Of a stretch of DNA of 64,000 nucleotides, positions 39,417 to 48,548 are shown one piece after another. The notes beneath the pieces are model-generated. The model searched no databases and had not been told where the DNA came from. It was given only the letters and a program-made list of their open reading frames with translations. Positions within the stretch are counted from its first letter, which is position 1. Each line of letters opens with the position of its first letter. The translations under genes were made by a program, and so were the position numbers. This DNA is from Candidatus Woesearchaeota archaeon (GTDB lineage: Archaea; Nanobdellota; Nanobdellia; Woesearchaeales; ARS49), in assembly GCA_030750765.1 (NCBI GenBank), contig JASMHM010000004.1:3013-67012 (forward strand). The letters run 5' to 3'.

Positions 39417-40163
39417 ATGTATGAACGTTCGCTGCAGAAGATTGGCCTTACGTCAGGCGAGGCCAAGGTGTATGAAGCGTTACTCGTCACCGGACCCTCC
39501 ACCGTAGGCCCTATTGTCAAAGAATCAGGGGTTGCGTACTCGAATGTGTATGAAATTCTCCAAAGACTGATCGAAAAGGGCATTGTAAGTTTGATAACCA
39601 AAGAGAAAACAAAGCATTTTCACGCCGTAGAGCCCACGCGTTTGAAAGAATACGTGGCAAAACAAGCCGCCGCAGTCCAACAGAGTCAAAACGTGCTGAA
39701 AGATGTGCTGCCCTCCCTCAAAAACCTTGCAGGTGAGGCCAGCCCACTCCATGTCGAGGTTTTTGTGGGTATGAAAGGGCTGAAAACTGCGTACGAACTC
39801 CTGGTGGCAGGAGGAAAGAAAGGGGATAAGGGTCAGTTTGTTTATGTATACAACAAAAAATACTACAAAGCAACCGAACGCTTCTACGTCGATCTTTGGA
39901 AGGAGATTCGTACCTCTCCCATTCGCTGGGAGGGGATTTGCAATGAGGAGTACCGTCCAACCGTGCTGGGTCAGAAGAAGGAAAAAACATTAGAACAACG
40001 CTACGTAGATCTTCCTCTTGCAGGAAACATAGACTTGTTCAAAGATCGCTTACTAATAGAGATCTGGGCTGACAAACCTTTAGGCATTCTCATTACATCC
40101 CAAGAAGTGGCAGACAATTTTAGAACGTACTTTGATGGACTGTGGAAGGTTTCTAAGCCTTAA
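39417..40163 (+). CDS. TrmB-family transcriptional regulator
   Basis: GLTSGEAKVYEALL...VYEILQRLIEKGIV...AVEP. Confidence 0.88.
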   Translation: MYERSLQKIGLTSGEAKVYEALLVTGPSTVGPIVKESGVAYSNVYEILQRLIEKGIVSLITKEKTKHFHAVEPTRLKEYVAKQAAAVQQSQNVLKDVLPSLKNLAGEASPLHVEVFVGMKGLKTAYELLVAGGKKGDKGQFVYVYNKKYYKATERFYVDLWKEIRTSPIRWEGICNEEYRPTVLGQKKEKTLEQRYVDLPLAGNIDLFKDRLLIEIWADKPLGILITSQEVADNFRTYFDGLWKVSKP

Positions 40164-40593
40164 CGCGAAGCCACCGAAAGCCTCTTCTCGGGAGCCAAAT
40201 AACTCTTTTACATTGGAAGCCTATCTCGTCGTACTCCGCAAACTGGGCCAGTGTTTCTCTCTGGTCAATAAGAAGCAACGTGATGGGATCTCCGTCTGTC
40301 CTGCGGTTGTACCTTGGATGGAAGTCCACGATCGCATTTCCCATGCTCACCCAAGAATGCTCCACGTACCTGTCGCCCACACCCCTCTTCTCAAGTGTTT
40401 CTGCTACTGGGCTAGCAATTTCGTGAAGATACTCCACAAGCTTACGTGTGTTGTAGGCCACCATGCCATGGTGTACCTGACAATGCGGGCCTATCTTATC
40501 TGCTAAACTCACAGCGTACTCGTGGCATCGCCAATGTTTTTTTCTGAGCTTCATGAGCATGTCGGGAACGTTTACTCGTAACAAGTGCTGCAT
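40153..40593 (-). CDS. hypothetical protein with transglutaminase-like C/H/D spacing
   Basis: RCHEYA...EHSWV...IVD. Confidence 0.55.
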   Translation of the reverse strand: MQHLLRVNVPDMLMKLRKKHWRCHEYAVSLADKIGPHCQVHHGMVAYNTRKLVEYLHEIASPVAETLEKRGVGDRYVEHSWVSMGNAIVDFHPRYNRRTDGDPITLLLIDQRETLAQFAEYDEIGFQCKRVIWLPRRGFRWLRVKA

Positions 40594-40647
40594 GATTTGT
40601 TGAGTGGGCGTAACCTTAAAAACCCCTTGGCATGTTTCGTTCTATGC

Positions 40648-40720
40648 GGGCCCGTAGTTTAGCGGCTATAACGTCTCGTTCACAGCGAGAAGGTCGCCAG
40701 TTCGAATCTGGCCGGGCCCA
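40648..40720 (+). tRNA. tRNA-Val(CAC)
   Basis: Acceptor GGGCCCG/CGGGCCC, TCTCG-TTCACAG-CGAGA arm. Confidence 0.95.
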
Positions 40721-40783
40721 CTCACTTTACAATAGAGGGACCGAAGGTCGCTCATTTTTGCTCGAGCTTTTGGAAAAGGTCGC

Positions 40784-41788
40784 TCAATAACACTTAGTTT
40801 CGCAGCCTTTGCAGGCAGAACCCATGCAGCTTTCTTTGCATCTCTCAACACACTCTTCATAGAAGGGGGTCTTGGTTGCTCCTTCGCCAAATCTTCTTCC
40901 CGTATAACTTCCAGCAGTAAAGTCTTCTGCTGGGCCCTGGCCTTGGACAGGTGAACTGCTTAGGCGTTTGCTTTCTGTCTCTATAACTCTCTCCACCAAC
41001 CGGTTGTTCTCCCAGCTGAGTGGCGTGTCTGCAGCAATCCCTCCGCCTACGGTGAAGGATCCATCGGTGTTCATGCCTAGTTCTTTTCTCACCACCAAAC
41101 TGCCGGTGCCGATAAGCAATTGTTTGCCGCTCACTTGCACAGAAGCTTGTTTGGTGCTTTCATACGCAACAACCGGAGCAAAGATCATTCTTCCTTGACC
41201 GGTCAAGTGCATGCTCTTGTCTGCTAGAAAGTCAATAACTACGACAGAGTCTTGGCCTGGTACGATGACAATATCTCCTACCATGTTCATGATTTTTAGG
41301 GGCATTTTTGCGGTCATGTCGCCGCCGCCCTTGTCTACCTTTACGTCTGAGATGATCATCTGTAGTTCTGGATAAGTTCCAGCATCCAGTTCTATCTTGC
41401 CAATAAATCCTGGAACGCCTGACTTCTTGAGTTGTAGTAAGTCAAACTGCTTGTTGTCCATGTCTACACTGAAAGGTTCGCCTTCGGCAGCGACCACACG
41501 TAAATTACCAATAAGGATGTCAATCTGTCGAAGTTGGTCTACTTCAAAGGCATCGTCGGTTATACCTACGTATAAGGTTCCTTTGGTGGCAGAACTGGCC
41601 ACAGGAGTGTCTTCTGATGTTGTATCGGTAGTGTCTGTTGTGTCGCTAGTAGAATCGGTTGGTGTTTCGGTAGCACTCTCAGGGGTGTCTGCCTCTTCTG
41701 TTGTGATGATTTCTGCTGGTGTAATAACTTCGTCACCACCACAGCCCACAACCATGAGCAAACATAACAGTGCAAACCACCTTTTCAT
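40784..41788 (-). CDS. DUF4382-like lipoprotein with Thr-rich linker and Cys-rich tail
   Basis: Lipobox VVGC, GTLYVGITD, FDLLQL, AGTY, IDFLADKS. Confidence 0.75.
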   Translation of the reverse strand: MKRWFALLCLLMVVGCGGDEVITPAEIITTEEADTPESATETPTDSTSDTTDTTDTTSEDTPVASSATKGTLYVGITDDAFEVDQLRQIDILIGNLRVVAAEGEPFSVDMDNKQFDLLQLKKSGVPGFIGKIELDAGTYPELQMIISDVKVDKGGGDMTAKMPLKIMNMVGDIVIVPGQDSVVVIDFLADKSMHLTGQGRMIFAPVVAYESTKQASVQVSGKQLLIGTGSLVVRKELGMNTDGSFTVGGGIAADTPLSWENNRLVERVIETESKRLSSSPVQGQGPAEDFTAGSYTGRRFGEGATKTPFYEECVERCKESCMGSACKGCETKCY

Positions 41789-41819
41789 AGGGGGCAGTCA
41801 AGAAAGGTTTCTTATAAAC

Positions 41820-42227
41820 TTATGGTTTGTGAACAACATACGTTTTTGAGATCTTATCGTGCAAGCTTTGCTTTTTTTGGTCCCACGCAATCATCAAGTG
41901 GCCGATACCAAAGGCCATTCCACTGATGATCTTGGCCAGATTTCTGATGACCGCGCCCGAGATCCCTATAAACTTTCCTTCTGGAGTAACAATGCGAATT
42001 TTCATGACGAACTTTCCTGGCGTGCCACCATAGACGCCCTCTAAGTATACGATTAAGCCAACTAAGATGACGTAGATGAGGTAGCCAATGCTTTCCAAGC
42101 CGGTTACAAGGGTCAATATGCCTGCAATGATGATGAACGGAATCCCTAGGATTAATCCGTCAAGGAAGTGTGCTAACAATCGTATCCAGAAACCCGCATA
42201 TCGTGCTTGGTTCATGTTGAACTCCAT
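41820..42227 (-). CDS. RDD family membrane protein
   Basis: YAGFWIRLLAHFLD, TPGK, QSLHDKISKTYVV. Confidence 0.9.
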   Translation of the reverse strand: MEFNMNQARYAGFWIRLLAHFLDGLILGIPFIIIAGILTLVTGLESIGYLIYVILVGLIVYLEGVYGGTPGKFVMKIRIVTPEGKFIGISGAVIRNLAKIISGMAFGIGHLMIAWDQKKQSLHDKISKTYVVHKP

Positions 42228-42252
42228 AATCAAAAAATTCCTTACCCCGTTA

Positions 42253-43242
42253 TTAAAGCTTTCGTGTTTTTGCCTCTTCGTAGACTGCAAAGTAGAACAG
42301 ATCTCTAAAGGCGTTAACGACGTTTACTAGCACCACAAAGATAATCATAAGGACTGCACTGAGGGCAATCTTGCCTGCACCCGTACCAAAGAGTATCACA
42401 CCACTGCTGCTGTTGGCCGGATTCCCTAAGAAACTCTGACCTAAGCTTCCGATGCCGTATATGATCAAGCCTACCACGAATACCATCCAGAATTGTCCTT
42501 TTACTAAGTTCCAGCTTTCTCCGATGCTGCTGAATATGTCTTCTTCGTCCACGAAGAGCGCGGAAATGGAGAACAACAGTTTGGTGCTCAGGTAGGTGGT
42601 CACGATTAGTAGCAAAAAGCCGAAGAGTACTGTTGCAATGATCGCAACAATAGGGTTAAGCTTGAAGGCCAAGAACACAATGCCTCCTGCGATAAAGAAA
42701 GGAAGGAACAGTATCGCGGAAAGGATGATGCGGATGAAGAGGAATCTCCACCAGAACTTGTTGGCCATGCCTAGCGTGCTGCCAAAGTCAGTATCCTGGC
42801 CGGTAACGGCTAAAGCTGCCATGCCGTAGGTGGCGCTTCTGCAGTACAAACCAAAGAGAAGACCAAAGACGGTGATGACGCTTACGAGTATGATGTTTTG
42901 TTGGGTGAGCAGGTCGGTAAACTTGTTCCAGGTGAAGCCTTTTGATTCTAAGTAAGGGCCCATTCCTTTTTTGTAGCTTCCTTTTCCAGTGATGTAGCTT
43001 CCTGCTGCTAGCCAATCTCCCTTGTTCTGGGGATCAAAGTCATTGAAGGTTTCGTTAGCCTGCACCTCGTCATATTCTTCAAGAAGTGTTTGGAATTCTC
43101 GCACTGCTTCCCCTGCGCCGGTTACTTGGACGGCGAGGAGTACGAGCACAAACGTCACGAGTGTTGCAACAATACCGGGTATGATGATTCCTTTGTGTTC
43201 TTTTATGAGATCAAAGCTTTCTCGGAATGCATCCCCAATCAT
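42253..43242 (-). CDS. multi-pass membrane protein
   Basis: Several TM helices; SIGESWNLVKGQFW. Confidence 0.75.
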   Translation of the reverse strand: MIGDAFRESFDLIKEHKGIIIPGIVATLVTFVLVLLAVQVTGAGEAVREFQTLLEEYDEVQANETFNDFDPQNKGDWLAAGSYITGKGSYKKGMGPYLESKGFTWNKFTDLLTQQNIILVSVITVFGLLFGLYCRSATYGMAALAVTGQDTDFGSTLGMANKFWWRFLFIRIILSAILFLPFFIAGGIVFLAFKLNPIVAIIATVLFGFLLLIVTTYLSTKLLFSISALFVDEEDIFSSIGESWNLVKGQFWMVFVVGLIIYGIGSLGQSFLGNPANSSSGVILFGTGAGKIALSAVLMIIFVVLVNVVNAFRDLFYFAVYEEAKTRKL

Positions 43243-43273
43243 AACCCTATCGGAGGCGTGTGATATAAAAAAG

Positions 43274-44038
43274 TTAGTCTTTGAAGACCTTTTGGTAGTT
43301 TGCGTACAGAATGGTCTCTGCTTCTTTCGTGTCCAAACCCTTAATTTTAGCTATACGTTCCACTGTGCGTGAGACGTTTGCAGGTTCGTTTCTCTCCTCG
43401 AGGTTGTTGAGCCACGGGGCGTCTGTCTCTGTAAGTAATTGGTTGATGTTGACCGTGTTTACGATCATCTCAAAATGGCTGCTTCTTAGTAGTATAGGTG
43501 GAATGCTGAAGTACATGCCATCCTCTGCAGCTTGCTTGACTAATGACTTTCTTCCTCCGAAACAGTGTAGCACGGATTTTACAGGTTGGAAGCCTAGGAC
43601 CTCTACTACCTCTTTTTCTGCCTTTCTGGAGTGTACGATGACGGGTTTGCCTATTTTTTTGGCTACATCAACGAATTTTTTGAAGATTTTGATCTGTTGT
43701 TCTATTCTTGTGACTGTTTTGAAGTCCATTCCTATCTCTCCCACCCCTACAATCTTGTCTTTGTTGTTCAATATGTACTCAATAGCTTGGTCAACGTCCT
43801 CAGGAGGGCCCTGCATGCCGTCATCATCTATGCCTAGTGCATCCAGAGGGTACATTCCTAGGCTTGCACGGACGATATCCGGATATTTTTCGGTTAACCC
43901 TATCACTTGCTTGTTTGTTTCGTTATTCGTCCCTGCAGTGATGATACGCTTGACTCCTGCGTCTCTAGCACGCTGGATAACCTTGTCTAAGTCGTCAAAC
44001 AGGCCGTGTGTTAAGTGACAGTGTACGTCGGTAAGCAT
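43274..44038 (-). CDS. tatD: TatD family hydrolase
   Basis: DVHCH, VGEIGMD, VHSR, HCF, ETDAP. Confidence 0.94.
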   Translation of the reverse strand: MLTDVHCHLTHGLFDDLDKVIQRARDAGVKRIITAGTNNETNKQVIGLTEKYPDIVRASLGMYPLDALGIDDDGMQGPPEDVDQAIEYILNNKDKIVGVGEIGMDFKTVTRIEQQIKIFKKFVDVAKKIGKPVIVHSRKAEKEVVEVLGFQPVKSVLHCFGGRKSLVKQAAEDGMYFSIPPILLRSSHFEMIVNTVNINQLLTETDAPWLNNLEERNEPANVSRTVERIAKIKGLDTKEAETILYANYQKVFKD

Positions 44039-44057
44039 GATTGATCAAGAAGGTCTA

Positions 44058-44354
44058 CTATTTATATCTGCTTCGGTGTGTAATGGCTTGAAGCAATCGG
44101 TGTGCGGCATAGGTTGCACAATCACGGTCTGCCAGGGCCAGTGCATCAATAAGGCAATCGTCTATTTTACCCATGTTTTTGGGGTCATCTACCGTAACTT
44201 CATCATCAATCGTGATGCTTACGTGCGTAGATTCTGGTTCGGCCTCTCCGATATCTCTGTCAAAGCGCGCTCTCACCGTTACCGGAGGTTTTGCTTTACC
44301 TGCAAAACAAAAATAGGTTGTTGCTGCTAGCATCCACTCACTCATATTTTTCAT
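44058..44354 (-). CDS. hypothetical protein
   Basis: 98-aa ORF between genes. Confidence 0.45.
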   Translation of the reverse strand: MKNMSEWMLAATTYFCFAGKAKPPVTVRARFDRDIGEAEPESTHVSITIDDEVTVDDPKNMGKIDDCLIDALALADRDCATYAAHRLLQAITHRSRYK

Positions 44355-44498
44355 AATTTTCTCTTAACTTTTAAAATTTTCCTTCAAAACTTATTTTCTT
44401 TTTTTTTCGAGATCTAGATCTTGAAAAATCCAGATCCATAAATCTGTCAGAAGGATTTCCGAATGGTGTAGTACTGCTCCGTGGTCACTTTTCGGCCC

Positions 44499-45455
44499 TC
44501 AAAGATTGCGAATAAGGATCTGAACAATCACAAATGCCGCGTACAAAGCCACCATGATGACGCCATGGCGCCAGGTAGCGATTTTTTTGTGGGCGAACCA
44601 AGTGAACAAGGTTAAACCTACGATTAAAAATGGAATCGTAACCCACGTGGCCTTGCTGGTGAACGAAAACGGGAAAAAAATTCCTAATAATCCAAAATAC
44701 AACAATAATTCTATCGCAACAGAACCAATAATTTCTCCCACTCCCACGTCGGTGTGCTTGCTCATCACTGCCTTCAGGTTGACCGCAAAGTCTGGCATCG
44801 CCGTACCAATGCCTATAACCGTGATGGCAAGCAAATAACTAGGGATGTTAAACAAACTACTGAGCTGGATGGTGGAGAAGGCAAGCCATCTACCTGCCAA
44901 AAGAATGGCAACCAGGCTTCCCAGGAAGATGAAACTGTCTTTGAACAATCTTGAGGCCTTGACATTGTGAATTTTTCCCAACTTTCTCTCTTCTCTGCAC
45001 ACCCGCCACACGTACACGCAGAAAGCGAGTAGTAAGATGATTCCATCAATTCTTCCGAGCTTCCCATCAAGCAACAAAAACAGAGGAAGCATGAATAACG
45101 GGTAGATGAACCACAAAGTTTTGCCCATGACCTCGCTATCCAACTTTATTTTCTTACCCAAAATCAAAACAACGCCAAGCACGAGCACTGCATGTACCAT
45201 GTTCGTACCTAGAATGGCGCCTAATCCTACGCCAAGATCGTTCAATTGCAGACCCATGAAGCTTACCATCACTTCAGGCATGCTCGCAGCCATGGCAACA
45301 ACTACTAACCCGGAGGTTGCGTCGCTCATGCCTAGCTTCTTTGCATAACCGCTGATGCCTAGCACCAGAAGATCTGCAGCTTTGAAGATGATGAACAAGC
45401 TGGCTAGTATAACTAAGGAGAAAAACACTCCCGGGCTTAGTAGGAAGTCCAGCAT
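44499..45455 (-). CDS. Ca2+/cation (sodium:calcium) antiporter
   Basis: Alpha repeats AASMPE...ILGTN and IGTAMPD...IIGS. Confidence 0.88.
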   Translation of the reverse strand: MLDFLLSPGVFFSLVILASLFIIFKAADLLVLGISGYAKKLGMSDATSGLVVVAMAASMPEVMVSFMGLQLNDLGVGLGAILGTNMVHAVLVLGVVLILGKKIKLDSEVMGKTLWFIYPLFMLPLFLLLDGKLGRIDGIILLLAFCVYVWRVCREERKLGKIHNVKASRLFKDSFIFLGSLVAILLAGRWLAFSTIQLSSLFNIPSYLLAITVIGIGTAMPDFAVNLKAVMSKHTDVGVGEIIGSVAIELLLYFGLLGIFFPFSFTSKATWVTIPFLIVGLTLFTWFAHKKIATWRHGVIMVALYAAFVIVQILIRNL

Positions 45456-45550
45456 AACTCCCAACACTCGTTCTCATATAAATGTGTAATGGCGCACTGG
45501 CCAAGAACAAAAACAGCAGGTTTAAAAACGAACCACCTCTCCGAGTTGCT

Positions 45551-45964
45551 ATGACTGTAGTTGCCGTAGCATTTAACAAAATCTTGGTCGAACGCTTTAA
45601 TCAGATTACTGGTAAGGTAGACATCAAGAACAACGCTGCCGTGCTCGATGTAGAGAAACAAGAGCTAACACTAGGCAGCCAAAAACAAGAAAGTTTGAAG
45701 TTCAAATTCGATTTCCGTGTTGATTACGAGCCCAAAATAGCCACCATCCAATTGGAAGGAGAGGTAGTCTGGGTCGACGAGAAAAAGAACATTGATGATG
45801 CTTTGAAAGGCTGGAAAAAGGACAAGAAGGTCAAACCAGAAATCATGACGCCTGTCTTGAATGCGGTACTAGCCAAGAGCAATGTAGAAGCATTAATTCT
45901 GGCAAAAGAAGCAAACTTGCCACCACCAGTCCAGCTTCCTAAGGTAGAAGCTAAGGCCGAATAA
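45551..45964 (+). CDS. conserved-looking archaeal hypothetical protein
   Basis: Start after a TTTAAAA box; ends NLPPPVQLPKV. Confidence 0.75.
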   Translation: MTVVAVAFNKILVERFNQITGKVDIKNNAAVLDVEKQELTLGSQKQESLKFKFDFRVDYEPKIATIQLEGEVVWVDEKKNIDDALKGWKKDKKVKPEIMTPVLNAVLAKSNVEALILAKEANLPPPVQLPKVEAKAE

Positions 45965-46553
45965 AGCGGTAGACGGTTATCTCGACGGGTTTTACAGGTT
46001 TTTTATGAAAGCTTTGAGAATGGGGTAGTTGGATGACTGCAGGAAAGAACGTAGCGCTGTATCCTGCCTCTTTTGCGTACGACAGAATAAAGGGATGGGT
46101 GCTTGTTTTGTGCATGCTCCAGACGACCGGAGCGAGCGAGAATGCCTTATCTAGAAAGGCTCTATCTGCATGGATCTGTTTGGTGCCGAAAGGAGGATTC
46201 ATGATGATTGTGTCGGCCTTTTCAGCGTAATCCTCGACGAGACCCTTGACTATTTTGACATCTACCTTAGCCTGTGTGACATTCCTTTTTGCGATCTCAA
46301 GAGCTTCCTCGTCCTGTTCTATGAGAGTTACTTTGCCTCCGAGGAGAGCTGCACCGATGCCTAGAATGCCCGTACCTGCGCCGAGGTCCAGAACTGTTTT
46401 CTCGTCGATATCGCCCTGTAATTGTGCTTGCCAGAGGACTTCTGCAGCAAGCTCAGAAGGTGTTGAGTACTGTTCAACGCTCACTTTTTGGTTTGCGAAC
46501 TTTTGCAAGCTGCTGAGCACTTTTGCCAATGCGCCTTTGCTTATTTCAATCAT
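45951..46553 (-). CDS. METTL5-family methyltransferase
   Basis: EQYSTP, DLGAGTG, MNPPFG. Confidence 0.9.
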   Translation of the reverse strand: MIEISKGALAKVLSSLQKFANQKVSVEQYSTPSELAAEVLWQAQLQGDIDEKTVLDLGAGTGILGIGAALLGGKVTLIEQDEEALEIAKRNVTQAKVDVKIVKGLVEDYAEKADTIIMNPPFGTKQIHADRAFLDKAFSLAPVVWSMHKTSTHPFILSYAKEAGYSATFFPAVIQLPHSQSFHKKPVKPVEITVYRFIRP

Positions 46554-46844
46554 TTTCCTGGTGCCTAAAACCCTTTTGGGCTTTATGATTATCCTAAGCC
46601 ATTTGGGGCAAATAAAGCTATCGTTCCCTGTTAAGGCTCACTTTTGCCTTTCTGCAGTCTAAACGCCTTATTTTGGCCTTTTGGCCCTGCTTATGTCCCT
46701 TTTTGTCTGTATTTGCTCTTTGCTAGCTATGACTCAACGCTCACTTTTTACTCTTACGGAGGTATTTTAGCCTAGAATGGCCTAGAAATGGCTCGAATTA
46801 GGGCGTTTTCCCGACTTTTCCTTAGATATGAACGCTCACTTTTT
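46474..46844 (+). repeat. left set of (TC/TG)AACGCTCACTTTTT boxes
   Basis: Copies at 46474-46489, 46635-46645 (partial), 46734-46749 and 46829-46844. Confidence 0.8.
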
Positions 46845-46859
46845 AGGAATAAGGCGTAG

Positions 46860-47095
46860 TATTGGCCTATTTTGGTGTTTTGGGCCTCCCTTTTAGCCCT
46901 CTTTTTGGCCTTTATTTGGCCCTATTTTGGCCCCTTGTGGGTGGTTGATTTTGGGTGCTTTTTTGGTTATTTTTTTGATCCATTTTGGGTTGTTTTCTGG
47001 CCTTTTTTTTGGGCCCGTTTGGGGTGATTTTGGGGGTTGTTTTTCCCTGTATTTTTTCGCATTTTTTCGGTGAATTTTTGCCCCGTTTTTTCGCC
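46860..47095. other. phased T-tract (probably intrinsically bent) non-coding DNA
   Basis: About 20 T-runs ending roughly every 10-13 bp and separated by G/C runs; very few A on the + strand. Confidence 0.7.
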
Positions 47096-47150
47096 CCAAA
47101 AATGACTGATTTGTAACTACTGTGCCATACTAAACGGATTTTGGAAAAAT

Positions 47151-47296
47151 CCGGAGGATATCCGAAATAGTCTCGTTTCATTCCCAGGATAGTCCCATTT
47201 CATTCCCATTATGGGGTTTCTGTCGTCGACGTTCATTCCCAAAACGTTCCCAGGTCATTCCCAGAACGGTCCTGGGAATGTCCGGATAATCTCCGG
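47151..47296. repeat. 11/22-bp phased iteron-like array bracketed by CCGGA-N5-TCCG(G/A) palindromes
   Basis: TCATTCCCA at 47178, 47200, 47233, 47255; variants at 47167, 47189, 47244, 47266; palindromes at 47151 and 47282. Confidence 0.8.
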
Positions 47297-47365
47297 TTTT
47301 TTGATTTTCGCGAAAATTTTCCCGCACCAAAATCTATATTAAGGAGTTCGCGTTTCCTCCCAAAC

Positions 47366-48034
47366 ATGATGTTTTTTGGAGGGGGCAAGATAGCGAAGCT
47401 CGACGAAAAAATCGAGGCGCAAGCCCAACGCAATCGAGCGGACATGGATGTGCTGTTCCATTGGGTGCATTATCTGAACGCTCAAAACGAGCAAACCCGA
47501 CGATCTTTTGAACATTTTAGCCAAGCGATGCAGCACGAGGTGCATGCCCTTACCGAGGAGCTCAAGGGTGTTAGAGACCAAAAATTGATTGGCGAAAAGG
47601 CTCCTTCCACCGACGATGTGAAGCAAATGGTGGACCGTCATATGCAGGCGATTCCCGTCGATACTATGCTCGCGAGGCTCCGTCACATGGAGAGTTCAAT
47701 CCAGTTTATGGATCAAAAAAGACAGGTTGTCCAGCCCGTTGCGCACCCTGCGCCAGCACCCGTTCCCACGTCGAATTTGCAGCACAGATTGGTCAAAAAA
47801 ATCACCCGTCACAGCAAAAGTTACATCAAGAATTCACTCGTACAATACATCCAAAAATACGGCAAGATTTCTGCGCTCAAACTGCGAGATATCGTCGTGG
47901 ACGAGCAAGGATTGTGCAGCAAAAGCACGTTCTACCGGCTCCTAGAGGAGTTGGAGCGAGACCACAATTTAGAGGTTATTGTCGACGGGAAACAAAAAAT
48001 GTTTATCGCACCAAACGAGGTCAAACATGCGTAA
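47366..48034 (+). CDS. uncharacterised coiled-coil plus C-terminal winged-helix protein
   Basis: Heptad N-terminus; ISALKLRDIVVDEQGLCSKSTFYRLLEELE HTH-like; TATATTAAG upstream. Confidence 0.8.
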   Translation: MMFFGGGKIAKLDEKIEAQAQRNRADMDVLFHWVHYLNAQNEQTRRSFEHFSQAMQHEVHALTEELKGVRDQKLIGEKAPSTDDVKQMVDRHMQAIPVDTMLARLRHMESSIQFMDQKRQVVQPVAHPAPAPVPTSNLQHRLVKKITRHSKSYIKNSLVQYIQKYGKISALKLRDIVVDEQGLCSKSTFYRLLEELERDHNLEVIVDGKQKMFIAPNEVKHA

Positions 48035-48548
48035 ACCGGACCAGCGCATGCTGGCCCATGATAGTGCTTTATCGACGCTGGGCGCTGCCCTAACAGACGT
48101 CAGAGGAGAGCTTGATGACTACCGCGAACACCTCAACGAAGAGACTAACGAGATCCAATCATTGTACGAATACATCCACAACGTCGAGGGAAAACTCGAT
48201 CGTGCGCTCAGTCGACTCGACGAGATCGCACTTTTAGTGAAGGGAAAGAAGCCACATCAGAAGTGGGTTTTCACGCCTCTGACAGCGAAGGAGAAGGAAG
48301 TCTTCCAGATGCTCTACACCTTAACAGCGTCGAGACCTTTCGTGCATTACAAGGAAATGGCAACCAAACTCAACCTGAGCAAACAGCTTCTAAGCTCGTA
48401 CATCACCGTGCTTATCCAGAAGGGTATTCCCGTCGAGAAAAAGTATCAAAGCAACCAGGTATTTGTGCGATTGCATCCAGAATTCAGACAGGCACAAGCC
48501 AAGGACAATATCGTCGGTGTCAACACGCTACTCACGTACTGGACTTAG
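48027..48548 (+). CDS. uncharacterised coiled-coil plus winged-helix protein with PIP-like tail
   Basis: LTAKEKEVF...YKEMATKLNLSKQLLSSYITVLIQKGIP; ends NTLLTYWT. Confidence 0.8.
   Translation: MRKPDQRMLAHDSALSTLGAALTDVRGELDDYREHLNEETNEIQSLYEYIHNVEGKLDRALSRLDEIALLVKGKKPHQKWVFTPLTAKEKEVFQMLYTLTASRPFVHYKEMATKLNLSKQLLSSYITVLIQKGIPVEKKYQSNQVFVRLHPEFRQAQAKDNIVGVNTLLTYWT

Noticed and set aside
44403-44428. dif/Xer site
   Set aside because: It is a continuous palindrome without the 11-6-11 layout or TTATA-type arm of known archaeal dif sites.
46893-47181. Lys/Pro-rich minus-strand ORFs (68 and 89 aa)
   Set aside because: They are by-products of the A-poor phased T-tract DNA, which lacks reverse-strand stops; the translations are low-complexity.
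47167-47280. Possible CRISPR array
   Set aside because: Units are 11/22 bp and degenerate with no unique 30-40-bp spacers; no cas operon is present.
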